DNA of 64,000 nucleotides from an uncultured Planctomycetales bacterium (GTDB taxonomy: Bacteria; Omnitrophota; Gorgyraeia; Zapsychrales; CAYRXT01). Position 1 is the stretch's first letter. Each line of letters starts with the position of its first letter. The DNA lies in contig CAYRXT010000003.1 of the NCBI GenBank assembly GCA_964428315.1, positions 4,151-68,150 of the forward strand. Reading direction: 5' to 3'. The notes under the pieces are model-generated. The model ran no database searches. It worked only from the letters and a program-made list of their open reading frames with translations, and was not told the DNA's origin. The translations under genes were made by a program, and so were the position numbers. Positions 22,364 to 31,597 of the stretch are shown in pieces.

Positions 22364-23372
22364 CTTCCGCAAAAGCGCCCCGCGCGTGCGCAGCCCTGTA
22401 TTTCTGGTACTGTTTCTCTTCGGCGACCAAACGCGCGATCAACTCTGAGAAAGAGAGGCGATAATCCCAGCGAAGCTGTTTCTTCGCTTTCGAAGGGTCA
22501 CCGCAAATGGCCTCGATGTCGGAAGGCCGAAAGAGCCCCTCATCAATAATGACATGCTCCCGCCAGTGCAGGTCGAGTTCGGCGAAGACCTTCTCGATAA
22601 AGGAGCGCAGGCTGTGCATATCGCTGGTCGCGATGATATAGTCGTCCGGCCTCCTCTGCTGAAGCATCAGCCACATCGCCCTGACGTAATCCGGCGCGTA
22701 TCCCCAGTCCCGCTTGACATAAATATTGCCCAAGGTCAACTTTTCATTGCTTCCGTTTTTAATGCGAATAGCCGTCGAAAGGATCTTCTTCGTCACAAAG
22801 TGGCTTTTGCGCAGCACGGATTCATGGTTAAACAGGATCCCGCAGCAGCTGAACAGACCGAAGGCCTCGCGGTAATTGATGGTCGTCCAGTGACAGGCGG
22901 CCTTGGAGATCGCGTAGGGGCTTACCGGATGAAGGACCGCGTCCTCCGCGACCGGAAGGTCTTTGACATGGCCGAACATCTCACTGGTTGAGGCCTGATA
23001 AAACCGTGTTTTTAAAGACAGACTGCGGACCGATTCCAGCAGATGCAGGGTGCTGGACAGATTGAAGGCCATGGTCATCCGGGGATGGGCGAAAGAAAAC
23101 CCCACGGAACTCTGGGCCGCGAGATGATATATTTCTTCCGGCCGGCTGTCATTTAACAAATTTTTCACCGCGTCGCTGTTTAATAGATCCAGACGGATCA
23201 AGCGCACCTTATCGCGGATGCCGAGGTAGTCCAGACCGGAAAGGTCCGTATCCTTATCGGCACGGATGACGCCTGTCACCTCGTAACCTTTATTCAGGAG
23301 AAACCGGGCAAGGTAACAGCCGTCTTGACCGTTTATTCCTGTGATCAAAGACTTTTTCGGATTGTGATCCAT
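22353..23372 (-). CDS. GDP-mannose 4,6-dehydratase paralog (Gmd-like NDP-sugar 4,6-dehydratase)
   Basis: SLITGINGQDGCYLARFLLNKGYEVTGVIR, FNHES, and Gmd-like length (339 aa) when started at the ATG 23370-23372, which overlaps the upstream stop by 1 nt. The ORF-track 63-aa N-terminal extension is Arg/Gly-rich junk. Confidence 0.7.
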   Translation of the reverse strand: MDHNPKKSLITGINGQDGCYLARFLLNKGYEVTGVIRADKDTDLSGLDYLGIRDKVRLIRLDLLNSDAVKNLLNDSRPEEIYHLAAQSSVGFSFAHPRMTMAFNLSSTLHLLESVRSLSLKTRFYQASTSEMFGHVKDLPVAEDAVLHPVSPYAISKAACHWTTINYREAFGLFSCCGILFNHESVLRKSHFVTKKILSTAIRIKNGSNEKLTLGNIYVKRDWGYAPDYVRAMWLMLQQRRPDDYIIATSDMHSLRSFIEKVFAELDLHWREHVIIDEGLFRPSDIEAICGDPSKAKKQLRWDYRLSFSELIARLVAEEKQYQKYRAAHARGAFAEDER

Positions 23373-24484
23373 TATGTCGATCTTTCTGTCAATACACTTT
23401 TGTAGACATCCAGCGTCTTTCTGGCTGTTTTCTCCCAGGAAAACATTTCCACGCGCTTCAGTCCGTCCTTTATCCGCTGTCCCGTCCTCCCTTGCGACCA
23501 CACATCGTCCAAGGCCCGGCGCAAGGCCTCGGCATCCCGTGGATCGAAATAATGCGGGCAAGATCCCGCGATCTCTTCGGTGGTAGGAATTCTCGAGGCC
23601 ACAACCGGACAGCCGCAGGCCATCGCCTCCAAAAGCGGAATACCGAACCCCTCGTACAAAGACGGGTAAACAAAGGCCTCGGCCTGATTATACAACTCGC
23701 ATAATTTCTCATCGTCGATATAGGACAGGCGCTTAACGGTTTTATCCAGCCCTGACTCCCGGACCTTTCTGTTTTCTTCCCGCGACCAGGGCGGCCCCAC
23801 GGCCACGAGATCATAATCCTCCTTTTTCGACCACCGCGAAAAGGCCTTCAACAACAGATCGAAATTCTTGTAATGCACGCGGCTGCCGACATAAAGCAGA
23901 AACGGCCTTTGTGGCCTTTCAATGTCTTCTTTAGGGCGAAAGGTTTCCGCCGCAGCCAGGTGCACCACATAAGTTTTTTCCGGCGCGACATCATGAAACC
24001 GGATGAGATCCCTGCGGGTCGTCTCCGAGATACAGATCACCGCCTCCGCGCACTTGATACATCTTTTTTTGCACAGACGGAAGGCCCCGTTGTCCCTGCC
24101 AGGCAATAACTCGGGGAACCATTCATGGATCAAATCGGCCACCGTCAGGACAACAGGCAGGGACCGGCCCTGCGGCAAGGTATAATAGGTCGAATGCCAT
24201 ATTTGCCCGGGCGTTGTTTTTATAATCCAGGGGAACAATACCCTTCTCGCCAAGAATCTCACTCCCCGCCGGAGAAACCGATTCCCGCCTGAAAAGGACA
24301 GCAACTCTCGACGGGCGATGCGCGCGTGGGCGGGCAGATCTTCTCCGGGGACACCTTGGGACAAAAGCGTCACGCGAATATCCGGCTCGACCGAGCACAA
24401 CCGCGGGAGGGTCTCGTGAAATATCCGCGAGATCCCTCCCCTCTTCTGAAGCTCGTATATTATTCCGTCGACAATAAGATCCAT
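23372..24484 (-). CDS. GT4 (group 1) glycosyltransferase
   Basis: GT-B C-terminal domain: ...EGFGIPLLEAMACGCPVVAS... Confidence 0.75.
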   Translation of the reverse strand: MDLIVDGIIYELQKRGGISRIFHETLPRLCSVEPDIRVTLLSQGVPGEDLPAHARIARRELLSFSGGNRFLRRGVRFLARRVLFPWIIKTTPGQIWHSTYYTLPQGRSLPVVLTVADLIHEWFPELLPGRDNGAFRLCKKRCIKCAEAVICISETTRRDLIRFHDVAPEKTYVVHLAAAETFRPKEDIERPQRPFLLYVGSRVHYKNFDLLLKAFSRWSKKEDYDLVAVGPPWSREENRKVRESGLDKTVKRLSYIDDEKLCELYNQAEAFVYPSLYEGFGIPLLEAMACGCPVVASRIPTTEEIAGSCPHYFDPRDAEALRRALDDVWSQGRTGQRIKDGLKRVEMFSWEKTARKTLDVYKSVLTERST

Positions 24485-24488
24485 GGAG

Positions 24489-26234
24489 TTAAAGGGTTAT
24501 TTCAATACAGGCCACGGCCCTGGCGGCCGCGGCGAAATCCGCGTCAAATTTTTTTGAAGCATGAACGTCAAAATAACGATTGTCACTGCATTGCGTCACT
24601 TGGCCCGCCTTCCAACCCCCTGGCGTATAAGTGTAATAATTCACAGCCACATGTCCCGAACCAAAAACCTCAATAATTCTGCGGATCATCACCTCATCAA
24701 ATTGCTGCAGCCAGGAGAGGTTTTCATAACGCCCGTAAGGGACTGTTAAAAAAACCCTCCCCCCCTTCCTGACGAGACGACGGAGTTCCTTAACAGCGAT
24801 AAGATAATCCTGCGGTCTGGCTTCGCAAAATCGTTCGTCATTTGTATAAACGCGAACGTTATCCATACCGATATGCTCAAGTGTTGACAGGCAAACAATC
24901 TCGTCAAAGGCTTCATCCTCAAACCCCGTCTTTCTTAAGTCACCGCGTACGTATGATAGATCCTTGCGGTCGATACGCCGCTCCTTTGTCAGGTTAAAAA
25001 CAACAATCCTTTTTTTAAGCAATATTTCATTTTCCAGTAGATAAGAATAGTTGAGGACGGCCCCGGCATCCAAAAGCCGGGCCGGGCCACGGTCAAGTCG
25101 AGAAAAAAGCCATGGATATTCAACAATCCTTTCATCCACTCTAAGCCCGAAACCGTCTGGAAGGGACATCCCGGCCCTGAAATTTTCCAGTAATAACGGA
25201 TCTCTCAATACCCGGCTGATAGATCGCTCCTTATATTCCCGATAACCAAACGACCAAGGTCGCTTTCCATGCAGATAAAAATACGCAATCCTCAAGCTAT
25301 GAACGCCCGATCGCAAAATGCCTTTGTTCCATTTTCTGAATCTTCCGCAGGACATCATTTTCATGAAGCATCTCTGTTTGTCCCTTAGGACCCAATATAT
25401 ACGTCGCATCAAAAACAAAATATAGTAATATAACGATATCAAGGACAGCTTGATTTTTTTCCAAATTTTCACAGACATGCGAAAAATAATTTTCTGTAAC
25501 CATAACTCCCTTATTAAGTAAGGAAAATAAACATGGGGGTTCTGTTTTAGGCACTGCGCCTTGGCATTGGCCTTGAAATTTGCCGAAGCACCACCCCAGC
25601 GCTTATGCAGTTGAACTTCATTAATTATAAAAAACTCACCCAACAGGCTTAAATGGGCCAAGAAGAGATGGTCGCAGGTCAATATCTGCTTGAGCGGCAA
25701 TACCTTTTTAAGAATGTCCCTTTTGTGAAGACCATAGAAAATGCCGTTCAAACACGATCCGTTCTGTAAATAGGAAAGATACATGGCGAATCGCCTCTCT
25801 GGAGACTGACCGACAGTATTAATGCCACGATCCAAGATGAGCCTCTCGCCGCTAACCGCATTAAATCCTTCCGTGTATGTCCCCACTGAAACGATACCGT
25901 TTGAATAACCAAAGGCCGCCAAACATCGGCTGATGTAGTTCCTGCCCCGCCAGTCATCGTGCGCGGACCACATAAAGTATTTGCCATCCGCAAGATCAAA
26001 GACCCTGTTAAAATTCCAAGCCGAGCCCCTGTTCTTTTCCTCCCGGACATAGCGGATGCGATAGTCTGATTCAGCCAATCGACGGCAAATCTCAGGCGTC
26101 TTATCACGCGAGCCATTGTCAGAGATAATAATTTCAAAATCCTGATAATCCTGAGCCAATAGCGATTTTACTGCATTTTCGAGATGTGCTTCTCCATTAT
26201 AGACGGGTAATCCTATGGCAACATTCATCTCCAT
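24489..26234 (-). CDS. bifunctional GT2 glycosyltransferase (N-terminal) / class I SAM-methyltransferase (C-terminal)
   Basis: N-terminus VAIGLPVYNGEAHL...IISDNGSRDKT. C-terminus ...LDAGAVLNYSYL...DEIVCLSTLEHIG...GGRVFLTVPYG, a Methyltransf_11-like motif. Confidence 0.65.
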   Translation of the reverse strand: MEMNVAIGLPVYNGEAHLENAVKSLLAQDYQDFEIIISDNGSRDKTPEICRRLAESDYRIRYVREEKNRGSAWNFNRVFDLADGKYFMWSAHDDWRGRNYISRCLAAFGYSNGIVSVGTYTEGFNAVSGERLILDRGINTVGQSPERRFAMYLSYLQNGSCLNGIFYGLHKRDILKKVLPLKQILTCDHLFLAHLSLLGEFFIINEVQLHKRWGGASANFKANAKAQCLKQNPHVYFPYLIRELWLQKIIFRMSVKIWKKIKLSLISLYYYILFLMRRIYWVLRDKQRCFMKMMSCGRFRKWNKGILRSGVHSLRIAYFYLHGKRPWSFGYREYKERSISRVLRDPLLLENFRAGMSLPDGFGLRVDERIVEYPWLFSRLDRGPARLLDAGAVLNYSYLLENEILLKKRIVVFNLTKERRIDRKDLSYVRGDLRKTGFEDEAFDEIVCLSTLEHIGMDNVRVYTNDERFCEARPQDYLIAVKELRRLVRKGGRVFLTVPYGRYENLSWLQQFDEVMIRRIIEVFGSGHVAVNYYTYTPGGWKAGQVTQCSDNRYFDVHASKKFDADFAAAARAVACIEITL

Positions 26235-26245
26235 TACAAATTCCT

Positions 26246-27010
26246 TTATTTTCTCTTCAACCAGGCATCCGGCCAATGGGTGACATTCTTCCGCAAATTG
26301 CTTTCATTAAACAGCCAATCTGGCTGTTCAAGAATAAACTCAGGATGGCAAGCTAAAAATTCATTAACCGCCTCTACAGGGTTGCCGTTAGACAAATACA
26401 TGCAGCCTCTCGGCGTGTCCTTGAGGTCACGGATTATACCATCTGTCGCAACGATATAAGACCCCGGACTGACCAGAGAATTATAGGCCTGCAATTCCTT
26501 AAAAACATGTTCCTTTCCATGGAATGAGTCGAGGAAGACAATCGCCCGTTCGTTAGATGTAATTTCTTTTTTGACGGACTCGACAGTGCCGGGATCAATC
26601 GAATCGCCTTCGATCAATGTGATTAAGGATGACAATTCATGAGACTCGATGGCCCGCCGGTTGTGAGGCCGGATTGCGATGTCGATTCCAATGACACGGC
26701 CGCAACCCATCAACCTGCATAAGCTTGCGAAGAATATCAGAGACCCGCCATGGGCGACACCCGTCTCAACGATCACGTCGGGTCGAAGACGATAAATCAC
26801 CTCCTGAACGCGGATTAAATCTTCTGGCAATTGAATGACTGGCCGTCCAAGCCAAGTGAAGGTGTATGTGTACTTTTCATTCCAACAGATTTTCAGCCAT
26901 TCTTGTGAAATGATTTCAAAAGCCTCGCGGGAATAGAGCGGGATTTCTTTTAAAGCATTACGCTCCTGAATTGACAGGATGCGCCGTTTCGTATCAATGA
27001 CGAATTTCAT
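26246..27010 (-). CDS. CmcI/cephalosporin-hydroxylase-family class I methyltransferase (sugar O-methyltransferase-like)
   Basis: MKFVIDTKRRILSIQERN...VIETGVAHGGSLIFFA...IGIDI. Start moved to the ATG 27008-27010. Confidence 0.65.
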   Translation of the reverse strand: MKFVIDTKRRILSIQERNALKEIPLYSREAFEIISQEWLKICWNEKYTYTFTWLGRPVIQLPEDLIRVQEVIYRLRPDVIVETGVAHGGSLIFFASLCRLMGCGRVIGIDIAIRPHNRRAIESHELSSLITLIEGDSIDPGTVESVKKEITSNERAIVFLDSFHGKEHVFKELQAYNSLVSPGSYIVATDGIIRDLKDTPRGCMYLSNGNPVEAVNEFLACHPEFILEQPDWLFNESNLRKNVTHWPDAWLKRK

Positions 27011-27929
27011 GTCTTTCTCCGAATCGCGTAACTTTCCACCACTGAATCGTTTCCTTGAGTGCATTTTCAAGCGTGAAATGAGGCCTCCACCCGACCTCAT
27101 GATTCAGTCGGTGTGTATCCCCAACACAAATGGCCGGTCTCTGCTCATGGCCTTCTCCCTCAGGTAACAATAGGCAATCCTCGGCGTGCATTAGGTTCGC
27201 AAGTTGTTGAAGAATGTCGCGCAACACAATTGATTCTCCAGAGGCAATATTAACCGCCCCTTCGATATCTGCGGAAAAAAGATGAATAAATGCATCAGCA
27301 ACATCTTTAACGTACAGAAAATCCATTTGCGAACCGGCTGAGCGGCATCGAAAGATTTTCTTTTGTAAAAGAGCACAAATAGCGGAAGGGATCAATCGCT
27401 GCGCATTTTCATGTGGCCCGAAAGTAAAAAAGATATGTCCCCACGCTCCGCTCAGGGACTTCTTTCGGCAAAAATCATCGAAATATCGGTGAAAAGCCCT
27501 TTTTGCTTGACCATAAGCCGATATCGGCATCAGCGGCGTTTCACCTTCAACTTTCGGCCCTGTCGCATCTGCATCATACTCCGCGCATGTTCCGGCAACA
27601 ACGACCCGCTGCCCCCCTCGCTTCTGGAACTCTCTAAGGAGATGACAGCTGGCATCAAACCAGCGTTCATTCTCCGGTGACTGCCAGTATTCCCCCGGTT
27701 TAGTCATCCAAGCGAAATGAAACAGACTGTCGGGTTTGATCCGTTGACATAATTTTCCTACGGCAGAATTATCCAACAAATCCAATTTGTAGAGGTGCAA
27801 ATTTTCTCCGCGAAAAAATGCGTCCGTATATGTTAACGCGTGAATTTCATATTCTCTTTTGGCTTGAAGCAAACCCAAGACTTGCCGCCCAATAAAACCA
27901 TTAGCACCTGAGATTAAAACTCTATTCAT
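26994..27929 (-). CDS. NAD(P)-dependent extended SDR, NDP-4-keto-6-deoxyhexose reductase-like
   Basis: VLISGANGFIGRQV, YGQAK. Lies between the epimerase and the O-methyltransferase in the CDP-hexose branch. Confidence 0.6.
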   Translation of the reverse strand: MNRVLISGANGFIGRQVLGLLQAKREYEIHALTYTDAFFRGENLHLYKLDLLDNSAVGKLCQRIKPDSLFHFAWMTKPGEYWQSPENERWFDASCHLLREFQKRGGQRVVVAGTCAEYDADATGPKVEGETPLMPISAYGQAKRAFHRYFDDFCRKKSLSGAWGHIFFTFGPHENAQRLIPSAICALLQKKIFRCRSAGSQMDFLYVKDVADAFIHLFSADIEGAVNIASGESIVLRDILQQLANLMHAEDCLLLPEGEGHEQRPAICVGDTHRLNHEVGWRPHFTLENALKETIQWWKVTRFGERHEIRH

Positions 27930-28459
27930 TACTTAAAATCAGGAAAGTCCCTGTCTCTCTGTGATAGAATGCGGTTTTTACAATCCGGCCATTCAATTTG
28001 AAATGCCGGATCATCCCAACGAACGCCCGCGGCCGATGCAGGATGGAATGGCCGCGACATCTGATACAAGACTTCACACCCCTCACACAGCGTCTGAAAA
28101 CCATGAGCCACGCCTTCAGGGATATATAGCATTGTTCGTTTCTCTGCGGATAACTCTAACCCGATCCAATTCCTGAAGGTCGGTGATGCCTGGCGCAGGT
28201 CTAACGCTACGTCATAAATGCAACCAGCCGTGCAGCGCACGACCTTCGCTTCCTCATACGGCTTCCGTTGGTAATGCATACCGCGCAATGTTCCCGTCTT
28301 CTTGTTAAATGAAATGCTGATTTGCTGAATGCAAGGATTAAGCCCTGCCTTACGGAATTCTTCACGGCAAAATATCCTTGCGAAAAAACCCCTCTCATCG
28401 CCCTTCGATTCAATCTCGATGACAAAAACTCCCAACACTTTTGTCTGAATAAATTTCAA
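27929..28459 (-). CDS. NDP-4-keto-6-deoxyhexose 3,5-epimerase (RmlC/cupin family), TTG start
   Basis: ...ERGFFARIF...HYQRK...YIPEGVAHGF... is the RmlC fold. There is no in-frame ATG near the conserved N-terminus. TTG 28457-28459 is preceded by GGAG at -8 and overlaps the upstream stop (TTGA). The ORF-track GTG at 28555 gives a 32-aa non-homologous extension. Confidence 0.6.
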   Translation of the reverse strand: MKFIQTKVLGVFVIEIESKGDERGFFARIFCREEFRKAGLNPCIQQISISFNKKTGTLRGMHYQRKPYEEAKVVRCTAGCIYDVALDLRQASPTFRNWIGLELSAEKRTMLYIPEGVAHGFQTLCEGCEVLYQMSRPFHPASAAGVRWDDPAFQIEWPDCKNRILSQRDRDFPDFK

Positions 28460-29709
28460 GGGATAATCTCCAAAACGGGAATAGGAACCACAAACTGCGC
28501 CTTCCACTCTCTTATATAATGCAGCTGATCCATGATTTCCTCTTTGATGTTCCACGGCAAAATAAATATGTAGTCAGGTTTTTCCGCGATTATTTCATCG
28601 GGAGAAACAATGGGAATATGACTTCCCGGCATGTATCGTCCCTGCTTATACGGATTGCGGTCGGCTATAAAAACAATGTCTCGTGCACTGACTTGGCAGT
28701 AGTTAAGCAGGGTGTTACCTTTCGCCGCCGCGCCGTAACCGGCTATGGTCTTCCTTTGCTGCCCAGCCCATCTCAAAAATGAAACAACTTCATTTTTCAC
28801 GCGGCATACTTCTTTTTGAAAATGCTGGTAATAATCCAGGGTTTGCATGCCGGCCTCTTCTTCTTTGCGCAATAATACAGACACGTATGGGCGAACCGGA
28901 TGAACACCCCTCCCTTCATGCTGGACAAATACCCTCAGAGATCCGCCATGTGTAGGGATCTCCTCAACATCAAAAACCTCAAGACGATGTTTCTCAAAGG
29001 CCTCTTTAACCGTAAAGAAAGAAAAATAAGAAAAGTGCTCATGATAAATGGTATCAAACTGCACTTGCTCTACCAGCCGGAACAAATGAGGGAATTCCAT
29101 GGTGATAATGCCGGAATCCTTCAACAGAATCCTCATTCCTTCGAGAAAATTATTTAGTTCGGGAACATGAGCCAAGACATTATTTCCGATAATCAAGTCC
29201 GCCTTTTTATTTTTCTGTACAAGCTTTTCAGCCAGACTAACGCCGAAAAACTCAATCTCAGTCGGTATACCTTTTTCCCTCGCGCAGAGGGCCACGTTGG
29301 CAGCCGGTTCAATTCCAAGCACTTCAAATACTTTGCGGTTGAAAAACTGTAACAGATATCCGTCATTGCTGGCAACCTCAATAACACGACTCCCAGGTAA
29401 GAATGAAAACCGCCGTGTGACATCTTCCACGTAAGAGCGAATATGTTCCAGCCAATATTGCGAGTAGGACGAGAAATAGGCGTAGTCGGAAAATATTTTA
29501 TCCGGAGCCTGAAAAACCGGAAGTTGAGCCAAAAAACATTTTTCGCAAAGAAATACATCTAACGGATAGACGGCCTCTGTCGAACAAACGTCCGAATCTT
29601 TCAAAAAGGCGTTCGACAAAGGCATCTTTCCCAGCCTGACGAAATAAGTCTCTACGCGTGATCCGCATAACCGACAATGCGGCATTTCAATATTGACACA
29701 GTCTTTCAT
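28456..29709 (-). CDS. NDP-hexose C-methyltransferase (TylCIII-like; Zn-ribbon plus class I MTase plus C-terminal C-MeTrfase domain)
   Basis: ...MPHCRLCGSR...LCEKCFLAQL... N-terminal 4-Cys ribbon, VIEVASNDGYLL methyltransferase core, 417 aa. The alternative start M9 (ATG 29685) would remove the overlap with rfbG. Confidence 0.75.
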   Translation of the reverse strand: MKDCVNIEMPHCRLCGSRVETYFVRLGKMPLSNAFLKDSDVCSTEAVYPLDVFLCEKCFLAQLPVFQAPDKIFSDYAYFSSYSQYWLEHIRSYVEDVTRRFSFLPGSRVIEVASNDGYLLQFFNRKVFEVLGIEPAANVALCAREKGIPTEIEFFGVSLAEKLVQKNKKADLIIGNNVLAHVPELNNFLEGMRILLKDSGIITMEFPHLFRLVEQVQFDTIYHEHFSYFSFFTVKEAFEKHRLEVFDVEEIPTHGGSLRVFVQHEGRGVHPVRPYVSVLLRKEEEAGMQTLDYYQHFQKEVCRVKNEVVSFLRWAGQQRKTIAGYGAAAKGNTLLNYCQVSARDIVFIADRNPYKQGRYMPGSHIPIVSPDEIIAEKPDYIFILPWNIKEEIMDQLHYIREWKAQFVVPIPVLEIIP

Positions 29710-30772
29710 AATCGTTTATTTGCCTATAGATCAAACCAAGAACATCTTCCCCGGCGTAAAATGCCTTGTACAATTCAATGGTCTTTTGCAAAGCTGTCTC
29801 GACAGACCAGCGTGCGCGGACTGCAAGATTTTTTTCAGCCTTTGAGCAGTCTAAACCAAGAAAACCGGCTTCATGCGGTTTTTCTCCGCTTTCAAATTCC
29901 CAAGATGCCTCGCTGCCCCAAAGTTCGACAACGCGCTCAACAATCCATCGCACCTGTTTTAGTTCTGATTTTCCTGGTCCAAAGTTCCAAGCACCGCAAG
30001 ATTTCTGAAAACGGTTATATAAAACCATACCCAATTTCAGATAGCCATAAAGCGGTTCCACGACATGCTGCCACGGACGCACCGCATCGGGATAACGGAT
30101 TCTCACCGGCCGGCCGTTCGTCAAAGCCCGTATGCAATCGGGCAAAAGCCGCTCTTTCGCCCAATCGCAACCGCCGATCACATTGCCCGCCCTGGCTGAG
30201 GCCAAAAATATTTTCTTATCTGGAGAATGCCAATAAGATCGGTTATAGGCTTGAACAACAAACTCCGCCGAGGCCTTCGAATTACTGTAAGGATCATGAC
30301 CGCCGAGGCGGTCATCCTCCACGAAGAATTGTTCTCCTTCTTTTTGTTCATAGCATTTATCGCTAGTTAAAACGACAATGGCCCTCACCGAACCTATGCC
30401 GCGACATGCCTCCAAGACATGGGCCGTTCCCATCACATTTGTCGAAAATGTTTCAACCGGAGAAAGATAGGATTCCCGGACCAAAGACTGTGCCGCGGCA
30501 TGAAAAACCATCTCCGGCCTTTCTTCGGAAACGAATTTGCATACAGCCGAAAAATCGCGGATATCACCGGTCTTTGAACTCATTTTCCCCTCCAAACCGG
30601 CCGCCTTGAATAGACTGGGTTCTGTCGGGGGAGGTAGGGCATATCCAATGACTTTGGCTCCCATGCGTTGCAACCATAAACTTAACCATGCCCCTTTGAA
30701 ACCTGTATGGCCTGTAACGATGACTTTTTTATTCTTGTAAAAAGAATGCAATTTCACTCCCAAATTTTCCAT
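29687..30772 (-). CDS. rfbG: CDP-glucose 4,6-dehydratase
   Basis: VIVTGHTGFKGAWLSLWL, TSDKCYE, PYSNSKASAE are the RfbG/DdhB signatures. Confidence 0.85.
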   Translation of the reverse strand: MENLGVKLHSFYKNKKVIVTGHTGFKGAWLSLWLQRMGAKVIGYALPPPTEPSLFKAAGLEGKMSSKTGDIRDFSAVCKFVSEERPEMVFHAAAQSLVRESYLSPVETFSTNVMGTAHVLEACRGIGSVRAIVVLTSDKCYEQKEGEQFFVEDDRLGGHDPYSNSKASAEFVVQAYNRSYWHSPDKKIFLASARAGNVIGGCDWAKERLLPDCIRALTNGRPVRIRYPDAVRPWQHVVEPLYGYLKLGMVLYNRFQKSCGAWNFGPGKSELKQVRWIVERVVELWGSEASWEFESGEKPHEAGFLGLDCSKAEKNLAVRARWSVETALQKTIELYKAFYAGEDVLGLIYRQINDYERLCQY

Positions 30773-31533
30773 CTGGCTTCACCCTGATTCCATAAACGGT
30801 TGAGATATTCCATGTCGCGCAAGGTGTCCATGCATGACCAAAATCCTTTATGGATGTAGGCCATTAACTGTCTTTGCTTAGCGACCTCTTCCAGGGCTCC
30901 AATCTCCAGATCGCATGAATCTTCATCTTTCAAAAAATTAAATATTTCCCGGCTAAACACAAAAAACCCGCCGTTAATTAAACCATTGCCTTCTTTCGGT
31001 TTTTCCGAAAAACTCAAGACCTCTTGATTCTTCGTTTTAAGTTCACCAAAACGCGATGCCGGGTTAATGCCTGTCAAGGTCGCAACTTTTCCGTGCGATC
31101 GATGGAAGGCCAACAACTCCGGAATATTAACATCTGCGACTCCGTCGCCATAGGTCATCAAGAAGACATCGTCAGAGATATATTTTTTCACCCGATACAA
31201 ACGCGCGCCTTTTAAGGCCCCCTTTCCGGTATCAACGAGTGTGACCCTCCACCCCGCCTGGCGATGCTTGCTGTGGATCTGAATTCTCTTCTTTGATCCC
31301 AGTTCAATTGAAAAATCATTGTTGATCAATTCATAATTATAAAAATACTCTTTGATTATTTCACCCTTATATCCCAAACATAGAATAAAATCCTTGTAAT
31401 CGTAATGGGCGAAGAGATTCATGATATGGTTAAGAATAGGCTTGCCTCCGATTTCCAACATCGGCTTGGGACGAAACTCTGTTTCCTCCCTTAACCGGCT
31501 CCCCAATCCTCCGCATAGAATCACAACTTTCAT
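30754..31533 (-). CDS. rfbF: glucose-1-phosphate cytidylyltransferase
   Basis: MKVVILCGGLGSRLREETEFRPKPMLEIGGKPIL..., 259 aa, RfbF/DdhA-like. Confidence 0.85.
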   Translation of the reverse strand: MKVVILCGGLGSRLREETEFRPKPMLEIGGKPILNHIMNLFAHYDYKDFILCLGYKGEIIKEYFYNYELINNDFSIELGSKKRIQIHSKHRQAGWRVTLVDTGKGALKGARLYRVKKYISDDVFLMTYGDGVADVNIPELLAFHRSHGKVATLTGINPASRFGELKTKNQEVLSFSEKPKEGNGLINGGFFVFSREIFNFLKDEDSCDLEIGALEEVAKQRQLMAYIHKGFWSCMDTLRDMEYLNRLWNQGEARWKIWE

Positions 31534-31597
31534 TCTTTCCTCCCAATTAGGCAGTAAATCGAAACTTCGCTGCGCGGTTTGTACTTATAATGGCCCA

